Assembly: GCA_000165425.1 (NCBI GenBank)
Contig: CT868028.1
Span: 114,835 to 178,834 of the forward strand
Length of the DNA stretch: 64,000 nt
From: Paramecium tetraurelia
Taxonomy: Eukaryota
Reading direction: 5' to 3'
In this document: positions 28,528-42,206 of the stretch, piece by piece
How the letters are laid out: every line of letters begins with the position of its first letter
How positions within the stretch are numbered: position 1 is the first letter of the stretch
Notes under the pieces: generated by a model
What the model saw: the letters and a program-made list of their open reading frames with translations, nothing else
Databases searched by the model: none
What the model was told of the DNA's origin: nothing
Made by a program: the position numbers and the translations under genes

Positions 28528-30011
28528 TCAATTGATTTATTCCTATTTGATATCCGATTAAAAGTTAGTTTGAGGATGCTACTGCTTATTCTATATCATT
28601 GATTGATCAATGTCACCTACTTTTTACTCAATAGATGCCCATTAAGGTAAATTAAAATAAATAAGATCAGAAGTGACCCATTAACGTTTCGAATCATCAT
28701 CCTTATTCTTTAAACATTGCTGCAATATTGCTTATTATGAAGCTGGAGATTTCCCTCTTTTTGGACTATTCTTTATCATCGATTTTGATGTATTTAATTT
28801 CGATTGAACCTTCTTCCTCTTCTTAGGTTATTGTTCTTCATCACTTGAATTCTACACCTCCAATCTAGCCTTATATTTATGCTTATCACAAAAAAATTTA
28901 AACTAATTCTCTATCAATTTGCCTTATCATAACATATTTAGCTTTACCTGTTTGGGAACTCTTCATTAGACAGGTAAAATGAAATGATTAAGGACACACT
29001 GCACAACAAATTGTTGCTCCCGCTCTACTACACAAAAAACACCTCTAAAATTAATGATATTCTTACAGTTTTCTTAGATTTCTCAACCTCTTCATCTATG
29101 TTCTTTGGATCACTTTATTCTAACCCATTAAAAAACACCAAATTCTAACTCCATAATCCACACATCTCATGTATTTAATACTTCTAACTTGAATTATTGT
29201 TTGAAGGTATTAATAAAAGAGACCCTAAATTTTAATCATTTGCTTCCAACCCACAAAATGCACAATTACCCTCATTTTACTTTGGATATATTAATTTCTA
29301 ATATTAAAATTTCTATAATCTCCCAAAGGTTATGACCGATTCCTTTATTTCTTGCCTTTGTTTCAATATTGGCTTGATTGTTTCCGTCTACTGTTCGGAT
29401 GAATTTTAAATTTAAGTTGTAACCCTTTATTAGTTATTTTCTTTTTAAGTATTTTAATTTTATTAAGTCTAAAATTATGTCGAGTTCTATGCTTATAATT
29501 ATTAGACTTGCAATTAGAGATGTGTTTATTATTGACCTAAAGTAGATTAACTCTGGTTATAAGAATTTTGGCCTGGCTGACCTGGATTCCTTGTTTATTT
29601 GAACAATGGGTAAAATTTTTAATCTTGCTGTACAATTTTTTAAGGGACTTTTTATTCAGTCTATTTATTTGTTTACTCTTATTGATTTAATTCCTCAATT
29701 ACATATGTTTATGGATTGGAGGGAACCATCTCTTTCAAATCTCTTAATTATTTATCCACTTCCTTATGAAACTTATTAAAATATTCCAATATCTTCAATT
29801 GATTATATGATTATTTATCTAGTTGTTTCATGCTATTAGAGTCCTCTGTAATATTATTCAAATGATATCTTCGCTCCATTTTTTCTTACTATTTCCTTTT
29901 CAGATAATTTGTAAATTTTTGAAGAGTAGCCTTTGTTAATGCTAACAATTGATCAGCGTCTGAAATGGCTTATTCGAACTCTTCAGCGGCTTATTCTAAA
30001 TACAAATTCAT
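28528..30011 (-). CDS. Extended PHD (zf-HC5HC2H) finger chromatin protein
   Basis: CAFC...HEMCGLWS...CFLCSRAGATICCAVCPQSFHFTCL...FFCDKH followed by an NLS-like PKKRKKV. Confidence 0.82.
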
Positions 30012-30490
30012 TAAATTATTTATATTAATTTTTTCAAAAAATAACCATGACTTTGAATTGAACTTATTAAATTTTAATGTATTGTATTTTTTTTATGTTT
30101 TTCGTTTTTTATGAAGTATATATTCCCTATATATTTATTATATATTCTATATATCAACATACACACAAAAATAAAAATTGGCTACTTAATTTATTTTTCA
30201 ATCTTTTTCCTCATTTTCTTCTTTTTGATTTACAGACTTTTTTTCTATAATAATATAGTAATATTTGATAAATCAAACGTATTATTATTTGCAATAGGAA
30301 ACTGCTTCAGACTTGAATAAGTAAGGAATCTCAGAATTTTTAATTACATGAGACCCATGTTATTTAGCTTGAAATCAGTCATCAAATAAGATACTTAATG
30401 ACTTGAATTTAGTTTCATTAAATATTTAACGAATTAAAAATAATTTGTTCAGAATTATTAAATATATACTCAATCTATCATCAGAGGACT

Positions 30491-30971
30491 TCATACAGTT
30501 TTCAATCCTTGATATTAATCATTTTGTTAAAAAAAAACCTTAAATTCCTTTGAAGATACAACCCTACTTGAAAGAGTGGAAATAATTTTGTATTTTAGGA
30601 TTCTATTTTCCGATATTGAGGTATATTTGCAGTTTTTGGACTTTATCTTCATCTTTTTCACGTTTTCTTTGCGCATATGGAATATTATGGTCTTAGCCGT
30701 GGCGTATTTGATGCCCAATTTTTTAGCAGCCTATTTAATACTTAATTCAGTAGTATACATCTTTGATTTTAAACCCTTCCATGAATACCAACTAAGCAAG
30801 CTATTCCTTTGCATTAGACGGTACCTTAACGTAAGTTCGTTTATATTCTTAAAAAACACCAGGCCCTAAATTATTTCGAGGTCTAAGTTCCTTCTTTTCT
30901 TACGATTTCTCAACTTCAGAACTAGCATTATTTGAATATTCATTTTCATTGAGACAACGAATTATGTTCAT
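30491..30971 (-). CDS. Small helix-turn-helix (homeodomain-like) DNA-binding protein
   Basis: KRTYVKVPSNAKEQLAQLVFMEGFKIKD/AAKKLGIKYATAKTIIFHMRK across a 28-nt intron. Confidence 0.78.
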
Positions 30972-32614
30972 TATAAATAATAATTTTGATCCCTTCAACA
31001 TAATCTTGAATATAAACAGATATTTTAATGCGTCATAATTAATTAACGTGTGTAAATTTTATAAATCTCGTGTAATTGATTGATATCAACTCGTCGTGTT
31101 GAAATTTAATGATTTAATAGTATCATTTTTTATGATATTTTTGTACAATTTATAGGAAAATATAGGGTATCAAATAAAATTTAAAAATTAACTCCATAAT
31201 TAATAAAACAAAAACTCGCATTATTTAATAATAAAATGAATTAAATCTAAGAGGTTGTCTAGCGAAAGAAATAAAGGAATATTTAAATTCTCATGATATT
31301 AAATAAATTAAACATTATCCTATTTTTATATTTATTCCTTAGTTTTACTCAATACTGCAACTTATTCAATAAAAAAAAGATACCATATTTATTCTTTCTA
31401 ATAACTCAACCTAATTATAAAAATATAATATTGTCTCATCTTAGGCTAAATAGAATAATATTTTTGGTAAATTTTAAGAAAAACCAAAAAAAATAAATTA
31501 TTTATGTTTTCAATATATGAAAGTAAAGTTGAAGCAATCTTCAAATCCGATAGTATATTATTAACAATAATAGATAAATTAAAAATTGAAACTTTTAAAG
31601 GTGTAAGTAATAAAAAAGGTTTGGACTTCTTAAGTAGTTTTATTTTATAATACTTATCAATTATTTCATAAAACACAAGCATTTTCAATAAACAAGTTTA
31701 CAATTGCTTAGCAATGATAAATTACATAAAGTAAATATAAGAAAAGCTAGAAAAAACATTAAAAATAAATGAGGAATAAAAAAAGGAGAAGAATTTAGGT
31801 AACTAAGAATAGAATGCTAATATAGGGGTCAAATTTTAATTCCGCACCTTTTTAATTATTTCTTACCCAGAAATTCTTAATTTATTTAAGTTTCAGATAA
31901 ATATCTTCATATGCGTTAAAAAATGCGATATTGTCAAATCCAATATAAAAGCGATTACTGTACATCTTTACCTAATTATTAATGAATAAACTAAAGATTA
32001 TCAGTTAATAATTTATAGTTTTGCTTAAGTTAGATTAGGATATAATTCTTAGAACAATACATCAGGATTTTTACTTCTTGAAAATAAATGTAAGACCCTA
32101 AAACTGGAAGATTTCTTTTTTCAGTTAAATACTTCTTTCAATAAGAAATTATCTCCTTTTAGTACATTAAGACATTATTATTACATCAATTTCAATTTGG
32201 TTTGATTACCATGTAATTTGTGGAGATAGCTTAGTTTTGCAGAGAAATAAATGTTTGATTAAATTGTGATTATGTATGTAATTTTCTTATGAGGTTCGAT
32301 AATTGATCTAGAGCAGCAAGGTTATAAAATATAAAAGATTTCAATAAAAAATACAATGTTTTATTTTTCAAATTCTTTGAAATAGATTGATTAAAAGGGG
32401 ATGATTAAATTTGTAAAAATTACAGTTTCTTTGTTTATTTAATGAGTTTGATTGAAATTGATAATCTGATTAAAATAATCGTTGATTATAATGGAAAAGA
32501 TAAAATCAATTTTTAATAATTAATTGTATAAGAGGAGAATGAGAGTTACATAATTAAGAAAAGAAATATAAAAATAATAATTATATAAATCAAATTTAGT
32601 TGAAGAAACAATTT

Positions 32615-33944
32615 ATGATGAACATGGAATCTCTCAGTTTTAGTTGTATTAGACCACATACGTTTTTTTCTAAAACATATTTCTTAAAAGTAATGGAGGA
32701 TGAAGTATAGATATCGGCTGTAAATTCTTGATCACAATATTCAGTTTAGCAATTACTAGAACCCAAAATATCGAATAGAACTTAAATTAACGACATAAAT
32801 TTTATGGAAAATGGGAAAGCAATCATTAAAAGCCTTTGGAATAATTTACCAGAATAAAATTAAATATTTTGAAGCCTAATAGATACATCTTGAATCCTTA
32901 AAAGCAACTATTGGAGCCAAAGTTATTTACAGGAACATGGCATCATTTTATGAACCAGTTGAATTTATAGGAGAAGGATTGTCAGCCAAAGTAAATCCAA
33001 TTATTAATTTAGGTATTCTAAAGTATTGAGAAGAAGACCAAAAAAGAAGTGGCTGTGAAAATGATAAAATAGGAATTTGGAAGAGAAGATCAAGCTTTGG
33101 TAAGTAAACTAAATTGATTTTATGTTTTTAGGACATTGTCAAAACTGAAGTATCAATTCTAAAGTCACTTAACCACTAGAACATTATAAAGGTACTTGAA
33201 GTTTATGAAAACGATCAAACTTTTTGGATAGTTCAAGAATTTGTAGCAGGCACTCCATTAAGTCAAATATTAAAACAAAAGCTTCCAATCCATCAAATTA
33301 AAACAATTATGATTGTAATATTAATAAAAATAGGAATAGGGGTTATTGTAAACAGTTTGTTATTTATAATCTTAAAAAATTGTACATAGAGACATAAAAC
33401 CAGAAAATATCATAATATAAAAAGATAATTCAATAAAAGTTATAGATTTTGGATTTGCAGCAAATTTAAAGTTTGGATCGGTTAGCAGTGTGTGTGGTAC
33501 TCCAGGATATTATGCTCCAGAAGTATTGAGATAGAAGGAATCAAGTTTTAATTCAGATATGTTTAGTGTTGGGGTTGTTTTATTCAATTTGTAAAGTATT
33601 CTCTTAACTAATAGAATAACAAATCAACCCATGTTAAAATCAAAAATGTATAATGCCTAATAATATGTTGCTGATGAAGAAGCAGCAGATCTTTTGAAGA
33701 AAATGTTAGAAGTCGATCCAATTAAACGTATTACTGCTTAGCAAGCTTTGGAGCATCTATATTTCAAAGATGAAATGGAGAAAATTATTGATGAAAAATA
33801 AATCAGCTTATTTCCATCCGAAAAACAAATTCCAATGTAATAGCAGTAGGTAAATATTCAATAGTATCAAATTAGAAAATTAATAAATGCCCAGTTGCAA
33901 AAACAATGAAATCTCTCAGAACTACCAATATTATTGACTATTGA
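32615..33944 (+). CDS. Ser/Thr protein kinase (CAMK-like) with N-terminal PH-like extension
   Basis: IGEGLSAKV, VAVK, HRDIKPEN, DFG, CGTPGYYAPE, SDMFSVGV; at least five short introns. Confidence 0.92.
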
Positions 33945-34917
33945 ATTTATGATTTTTCATTTCTACTATTTCTTTGCTCTCAATAATTAATATATTTCAA
34001 TTTACTTTATCTTTTTAATTTAATTATTAAACATATATATTTTGTTATTAATCTCTTTATAATACTTAAAAAATTCAGTAATCCTAACTGATTAAAGCTA
34101 TTATAGTTTGAACAAAAGGATTTTAGAAACCAAAATTAGAAGGAGATGTTTTAAAGTGACACAAACAAACAAAAATAATGAATATCAAAATGGTTCTGAT
34201 AGCAGAACTACCATTTAAGAAAAAGATTAATACAAGACATCAAGTTTAAATTTAAACTTTTATCTAAATCTTTTCTAACATCTCAAGGAAAAAGAGAGTG
34301 ATATATTAAATTTAAACTAAATAGGAATAAAAAATGAGATATCTTATATAAACGGTTCAATAGCCTATCTACTTATTAATATCTTAAAGGATAAGATAGT
34401 AAATATATCAATATAAAGTGTAATTTATTCAATACATTGCATTCATTTTAATTTCATCTTTTAGAGTAATATTTAATGAGATCGAAAACTACTATGAAAA
34501 ACTCTTATTTTGATAAAGAGATACATTAAAACAGAGTGATAATTAAAATAAAACAACTAATACATTCTATAATTCAACTTCCATACTCATCAAAATTTTT
34601 GAAATAATCTACATCTTACAATTTATTTTTCTTAAGCAAGTACGGTTCTAATTACTCATTATATCTCAAAACATTCTAAAAATGATAATTAAGATAGTTG
34701 ATATTCTTCTTATACTGAGATTGTCTCAAATTGTATATAACTGTACTAAAATTAAAAATCTGGTAACAATCGAATTACTATTAATAGAGTCAATTCGCTT
34801 TGAAATATTGTTAGTGTTTGCATCCTTAATATTTCTAATAAAAATAGAGATATTTTGCATTAATTTTCTAAATGATATACTAATTGCTTACCTGCTATAT
34901 AATTTAATTATTTATTA

Positions 34918-35404
34918 ATGGCATAAGAACCTAATCCATTTAGTAATAATATACAATATTATCAAGAGCATGTGACATTTATGGACACTAATTGTGCAGC
35001 AAAAGCAGGCATGGTCACTGTAGCTGGAGGTGCAATGGGATTTTTAATGGCTTTGTTCATGAATGCAGTAGAAATGAGAGACATGGATTATGGTAGAACC
35101 AAATAATCAACTCGATATGTGTTAAGAGTAAATAATAATTCAATACTAGAGAGATATAAACAAGATGTTTGGAATGGCAAAAGGGTTTGCTATTTTCGGT
35201 GCTTTTTACTCAATATTTGAATGTCAATTAGAAAAATTAAGAATTAGAGATGATGCAACTAACTCATTTCTCTCTTGTATGTTTTCATCTATGGTACTGG
35301 CTGCTGAATCAGTGGGATGGAAGGGTTTAATGATGTCAGGATTAGGTGGAGGTATGTTTGGAGGGGTTATGTATTATGTTTAGATAAAATTTATGAATCA
35401 CTGA
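34918..35404 (+). CDS. TIM22: Tim17/Tim22/Tim23-family mitochondrial inner-membrane translocase, Tim22-like
   Basis: NCAAKAGMVTVAGGAMGFLMALF, GFAIFGAFYSIFECQLEKLRIRDDATNS (Tim22-type Cys pair); 22-nt intron. Confidence 0.82.
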
Positions 35405-35421
35405 TATATTTTATTATTAAA

Positions 35422-36045
35422 ATGAAAAAATAATTTCATTTCTAAAAAAAAAATAAGGAATGGCAATAAGAATTTCAAGATTTAGATGATTAAGCAGTTC
35501 TAGAAAAAGTGCAATTGCCACCTTCTGAAGATGAAGAATAAGTAGTTTAAGAAGAATAATTAGTAGAGTAAACCAAATCGGATGAGGAAAACGAAATTGA
35601 AATTATAGAAGAAAAAGAAGTGATTAATGAATAGCCGAATGAAAAGTCCAAGAAAATTGAATGGTTAGACTCCGATATTGAGGGTGTTGATGATATAGAT
35701 GATGAAGAAGAATTAATTGACGATGCTAATGAAATAGATCATGATTAAAAAACTATTTTTGTATAAGGACTTCCACTCAAAATAAGTGATAAAGAGATAG
35801 CTGATTTCTTTTCAGAATACGGGACAATTGTGTCACTTGAAATTCCTCGAAATGAGGGATCTTAATTTACTAAGAGAAGAGCATTTATTGAATATAGCAC
35901 AGTTAGTGAAGCGTAGGGTATTGCTATGCTTGATCTGGAATTGAAAGGCTGTCAACTTAAATTGAGGATTGGGATATAGCAATAATAAGATAAAGGACAA
36001 AAGATGTAAAATGATAGAAGTAGAAGTAGAAGTTAATCAAAATGA
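35422..36045 (+). CDS. Acidic RRM-domain RNA-binding protein with short RS tail
   Basis: TIFVQGLP (RNP2), FFSEYGTI, RRAFIEY (RNP1), ends RSRSRSQSK*. Confidence 0.82.
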
Positions 36046-36127
36046 AATAAACAGAATGATTTATTTATACAGTTTATATATTTCTTTAATTAATAGAGTA
36101 TCATATAAATTTTTTAATTAAAAAATC

Positions 36128-36310
36128 ATGGACTTCTTAGGAATCAAAAATAATAAATTTGTTAGGAATAAAGAACTTTATAGATAATAAGAGGAATTGT
36201 GCATGAGAGATGATTACCTATTATAAATAGATAACGACACTCATATTATTGTTCCAGAATCTCCAGATTTTAAATTCATATAAACGATAAAAAGAAAAAG
36301 AAATCATTGA
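36128..36310 (+). CDS. Possible small ORF (60 aa)
   Basis: MDFLGIKNNKFVRNKELYRQQEELCMRDDYLLQIDNDTHIIVPESPDFKFIQTIKRKRNH*. Confidence 0.35.
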
Positions 36311-37395
36311 TTACCTTAAGAAGGAATTGAGCTCATTTTTATATTATTTTGTACTAAAATTCTAATTCTAAATATTATACACATGAAATTTCTTCTTTAA
36401 ATAAGATCAGGTAATTCGTTTTGTAATCTGATGATCTGCGAAAAGCTAAAGAACACATTTTCATTAGAAGCGATCTCAAAAAAATACATTTGGGAAAGTA
36501 TTCCATGTGTTCAAATGGGACTCAATTCAAAACACACATAAATTAGATACTTTGGAAATTTAAGTTGAATATTCAATAATAAATTACTCATATAAAAAAG
36601 AATAAAATTCGGGTAAAATTAAAACATCATTTACTTTTTATGCAGGTTAGTTTCCTTTATAACTTTATAATTTTATCTAAAGATCATTCGCAAATATTAG
36701 TGGATTTTCCTTAAAGCACTCTTATAGAATTTGTCAAAGGTTTTACCATCCTTTGTCTATTAGAAAGCGTAATCCTCCAACAGTATCATCAATAAACTCT
36801 CCTATCTGAGAATACATTAACTGATTTATGGATGCAATGGAGGTGGTTAAATTAACCAATCAGGCGACTCAATTCTAAATAATCTAAAAATAATTCTTCT
36901 CCATCTTTAATAACTTTAATTCTTGTAAACTTAGGTCTCTTATGTGATTTTTATAATGATGATCAAGAAAAGATATGCTCTACGAAAAATTTTACATCGT
37001 GGAGAAATTTTAAGTTGGCCAAAATTGCATCAATTCTTGAAGAAGTTTTTAGGGACAAATATATCGATTAAACGTAAATTAATTGATTTTTTTCTTGGAG
37101 TGTGATTGATTTTGTGACCTAGAGCATAAGGATTTATGTCCTCTTCTTTTCCTAGTTGTTAGACTCTTTCAATTTATTTCTATATGGTCTATTAGAGTGA
37201 GCAGCTTATTCTTATATTTCTGATATTTTTTGTTCATATTCTTCAAAACCAAATCCTGAGATGCAAGATAGTATAAACTGGATGTAAAATCAAAGATGGG
37301 CCGATCGAATCAAAAGAAATGCTATTGAGATTGGTGTACTCTTTAATAAGGATTTTAGATAAAATGTTTGGATTTCGATATAAATGTCTAAACAT
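36304..37395 (-). CDS. Hypothetical protein (exon structure unresolved)
   Basis: Coding-like composition and long code-6 open segments on the minus strand. Confidence 0.35.
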
Positions 37396-37402
37396 AAATA
37401 AT

Positions 37403-37876
37403 TCATAATTTCTCATTTTGTAACAAGTACTTAATTGGTTGGCCTTCTTCTGAAATCAAGAATTTGCAGAAGTCTTATTTGATTTGTCTTCCATTAGCCA
37501 GCTTCTCATCATACAATTAAGGGGTTTGTCTTTTGAGAAATTTGTACAATGGATGAGTAAATTAACCATTCAATTCCACTTTCTAATAGACTTTGAATCC
37601 TTGTAATTTATCGGCAATCTGCTTATAAGTGAATGTGTGATCGCATTTAGGAAAGAGGAGCACTTAATACGGTAGAGATTTCAAATAATTCAATTGATCA
37701 TTCAATTCAGGTGAGTCGATTGCAACATTAACTATGACTACTTTTTGACCCTTATATTGAGAGAGTGATTCTTCAGACTTATTAATATCGATGACATTGA
37801 TTTCATGAATGGATTTAAATGGAGTTTCAACAGGAGAATCCAAAAACCATAACTTTCTTATTCCTGAATTTCCCAT
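37403..37876 (-). CDS. Glutathione-peroxidase-fold protein lacking catalytic residues
   Basis: SLSQYKGQKVVIVNVA, VLLFP, KVELNG..THPLYKFLK, FCKFLI align with GPx motifs; intronless, 157 aa. Confidence 0.8.
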
Positions 37877-37957
37877 AATTAATTAATTAATTTTTATATT
37901 TTTCCCGTTATTTATACTTAGTATATATAAATAAATATATATATTAATTCGTTAAAG

Positions 37958-38893
37958 ATGGACGACAAACTATACGAATTGTTCCAAAAAACACTGATAG
38001 AAAATTCGAATGTGAATATCTAGAAGATTGTATAAGGATAAGCAAGAGTGATACAATAGAATACTCAACCATTAGGTTAAAAAAATGAGTCCATTTCAAT
38101 AAAAGATGTTTAGAAGAAGTTGGAAGCCATAGAAAAGAATTTAATGATCTAGGATTCAGCCAGGAAAAGGAGAACATCTCGTTATCATTCTAAAAAGTGT
38201 AGCATTAAAATTAATACTCAAAATGGGTCGGATTCTCCATCTCCATATTAATTGGACTTTGAAGATGCAAAGGAATACGAAGTTGATATTTTAAGAAAGG
38301 AGAATCAAAGACTATAAGTATGACTTAAGTAATTAATTAGGAACGCTTAGAATAATTGAAATCATAAAATGGTGATGAAAATTCAGAGGATTTGAATCGT
38401 GAAAGAGAGACTCTTCAAAAGATGAAAAAGGATTACTAAATCAAAGACGATGAATTGAAGATTCTAAATAACAAATTAGATCTCTTGGAAATTGATTTAA
38501 ATAAGAAACATTCACTATTATTACAGAAATCTAAGAAACTGGAAGTTTAACAATAGACTCTATAAAAGAATGTATATTATTAGATTAATATATAATTAGG
38601 AAGAACAAATCAAAGAAAAGAGGGATTGCATTGATGCATTACAATAACAAATCAATTTAAATATTTCATAAGTGATTTCATTGAATAAGTTTTAATTATT
38701 TTATTATTTTAGAAATGAATTAAAACTAAAATTACCACAGAAACTAGGAGTTCAATTAGATGTTATTGAATAACTCATTTTATCAACCTTTAAAGAAAGA
38801 CAAGTAGCTTAACAAGAGTATCTATGTTTAAGATAATTGAAGAATGTTATTAAAGATCAATAAAAAGAACTATTAAAAAAGATCTAAATCTGA
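37958..38893 (+). CDS. Hypothetical coiled-coil protein, probable paralogue of 22097-22992
   Basis: MDDKLYELFQKTLIENSNVNIQKIVQGQARVIQ...; three short introns. Confidence 0.65.
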
Positions 38894-38901
38894 ATAACTT
38901 A

Positions 38902-41900
38902 TCAATCATCATGATCCACATGAGCTTATTAAATACTTTTAAAGTACTAAACAATATTAATTGCAGAGAACTTTTATTCTTCTCTCTTTACTTATTTTAA
39001 TTATTATCGCAAGGTTTGCTTTTTGCCCCCAACTGTGTTACCTAAGAGATTTGTTATTTGACTGGATAAATGCGGTAATTCAACCCTAGGATCGTAAGGT
39101 GGTTCATCTCCATCAGTAAATGAGTCTTCTAATTTCTACTTCAAAGATTTGAAATCATTAATCATACACTTGTCTACTCCGCGTATATCTGGGTCATTGG
39201 AAGGCAGCGCTTGTTTCATATCATTTCCTATGACCAAGTAAACATACAATAGAAATCCATCTAATTTTGGAGTTAGATCTTTGGCTCTTCTATCGTCTAT
39301 ATCTATCGGTTTATCTCCCCTGATTATGGATAGCCTTTCTGCGAGTCTGCCTATACTTTCTATGAATTCATGGAAGTTCATCTAATAGTGTTTGCTAGAA
39401 TAGAGTTCATCTTTTTGAGTTATCATTGATAGTAAATAGATTAGATAGCACTCTCTTTCACTCAAGTCATCGCATATTAATTTTGATTGCACAATCCAAT
39501 CCTTAAAATCCTAGACAGAAATATAATCATATCTGCACACTTATTTATCCTTCTTACTCAATTTGCATATATATTTAAATAGAGATTTCAACATAGCCAA
39601 TCGATCATTGAGTATGATATCACATTTCTAATTCCATAATCTAGTCTTCCTCCACATCTAAGCCTAATCAAACTTTGCAAAGTAGTCTTAGGCTTATTTG
39701 GTCACTAGAGTTATAGCCTCAGTCATCGTGGCACAGAGTCCTTGTCTGAGAAATTTATCATTGCACATTCTTATCATTATTTCCAACAATTAACATCGTA
39801 CCAATCCCTTATCAAAGGCTTATGGAAATGGCACATCCTTAGCTGCAGTTGTTGATGTGAAACTAATATCAATATCATTAGTCTTGTATCCATCCATCAA
39901 TGAAGTCTAGACTAAAAAGTCGATATAGTCTTAAATCATTATGGAGGGAATAGGGGCTGCTAATGAACCAGAGGCATGATATTTGTAAACATGAAACAAC
40001 TGTCGGTACAAAAGCTTTAAATTCTCTTTTATTTCTAATAATTCCGTTTCCTTCACTAATCGAGTAACTTTAGAATTCTGAAAATCAAATTCAAAGCATT
40101 CATCAATTAATTAGGGTGTGTCTGGTTAAAAATGTTTAAATATTGAATTTTCAACTGACCATCTATGTTTCTTTATATTCAAATAGGGAGAAAAATCAAA
40201 TTTCGCCATTGGTTCTCTAGGCTTGCATTGTACCATTGGCATATATTTATCAAACAATTGTTATTTAATGGTGGTTCTTAAAACGTTAACATACTCCATT
40301 ACGTTCCCATCAACCAGAATTTCATCATTGTACAAAAATGGAATCGATTAGATTTACATATTCTTAATATTCTAATCCATAGCTGGTTGTTGAACTCCGA
40401 GTATTGGATTAGTAAAGAAGTAGTGTATTTCCTTGTTTGGAGGACACATTTTAATAAAAAAGAACTCATTATTAAGAAAGGTCATTAATAAAGGTCGATA
40501 ATCCTCAAAATCAAAATGAATAAAGATAGGCTCATTGTATAAGCTTCCAGATTTGTGAGCTGTCCATTCAAACTTAATTTCCTACCACCCTTCGCATATC
40601 CAACACGTATCTAGTTTATTTATTTCATTCACTTTCTAAACATTCATTTTAGTAGATCGGATTTTCCTTGATCTACTAAAGGGCATTACAAGAGATTCCT
40701 CTCTCCTTATTATAGTTTACTCTACTTTGGCTTCTTCCAACAATTTGAAATATTATGGTTATTTGTAGAGTTGAGTCAATTTATCCTTTAATTGTGAATG
40801 GTATACGATATTGTTAATTAGAAATCCATTGGGATTGACACACAATTCAGCTTAATTGCCTTCAAAATGAAAACCATAGATAGTTTCATTCTTTTGAAGA
40901 GCATCTGAGATGATTTAAGCTTGCGGATATGTAAATTTATTAAAAGAAAGATCGACATGTAAAAGTTCATTATAAGGCCTTGATACAGCTTTATTGATTG
41001 ATTAAGCACATTCAAGAGATGCAATATTGTTGTGAGATAAATCTAAAATTTTAACACTAGTATTTTTATACATAGCTTTCCAAATAGTAGTACCAGCACT
41101 TGCATTTAGATAATTGTAACCAAGATACAATTCTAAAAGTCGTTGAGTCTATTTCAATAGATTAGAAATAGATGTACTTGCACATTCTGTGATTTAATTA
41201 TTGTTAAGATTGAGTGATTATAATGTATTATTGTTGAGTAGATGTTTCATAATTATTTGCGATCCGAGATCACGAATATTATTACATTCAAGATTCAACT
41301 TGTAAATTTGATTCTTTCCTACGAATGACATCAAAATCTCCATATGCATATAATTTAATTTACAATTTTATAATTCTAAGTCTTTCAATGTAATTGGAAA
41401 TGTAAGCAAGATATCTCTTAACTATTTGGGAGTAAATTGATTGTGATTCAATTACATGACTTGAATTTACCTGCTCTATTGAGTAAGCATGGCATTAGAG
41501 AAGGCATTCCCATCATCAAGGTTTCTTATTGATCTGCTAGCATTTGCAGTTACTAATGATCGAGTATTCTGAATCAAACCAAAGGTTTTAGGGACTCGTT
41601 CGGCTTATGAGAAGTTTAGACTTAAGTATAGATTTTGTGGTTGTTGTTTATATAATTTTGAATAATCTTCCAATTTCTAGGAGTACCGAACAGTCTTTAA
41701 AAAATCTTGTGTACTGATAACAGACAATTGCTTGCTTAAGATGATTAATGAAATTTTACTTGCCTTGTTTCATCTTATAAAAATAGTTAGTTCTATCATT
41801 TATGGGACTTACCATACTTGGGGATGTCTTCATCTTTAGGGTTAAAGGAGTCTTGATTTCTGCTTTAGTTATGTCTTCATTATCGATTTATTAAATGGCA

Positions 41901-42166
41901 TGATGTTCCTTTTCTAAGAATCCTTACCAATCGTTAACTTCCATATTAAGCAATTCCTCTTAGGCCTCAAAGCTCTCATTTCTCTCTTGTTTAGATTGGA
42001 ATCTCTTCTAAAAGAGTTATTTCTAATTTTTCTACTAAGAATTTCGCTGATTGGTCAAATCTGTGTACAATTCTGAAGCCTCATTCTTTTACTTAAAAAC
42101 TAATCTACGATAGGCAGAAGGAGTTGAAGTACCCAAAGTTGTAAGTTCTGAATAATCATCCTTCAT
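38902..42166 (-). CDS. RNI-like leucine-rich-repeat protein, tandem copy 1
   Basis: LxxLNLxxNxI repeats, CWICEGW motif, C-terminal MNFHEFIESIGRLAE. Confidence 0.85.
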
Positions 42167-42206
42167 GCTATTATTATATATAAATAAATATATATAAAAT
42201 CAAAAG

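Noticed and set aside
30980..32600. Long AT-rich stretch as a retained IES or transposon
   Set aside because: No terminal inverted repeats, transposase remnants or definable boundaries were visible
37403..37876. Selenoprotein GPx
   Set aside because: No in-frame TGA at the catalytic position
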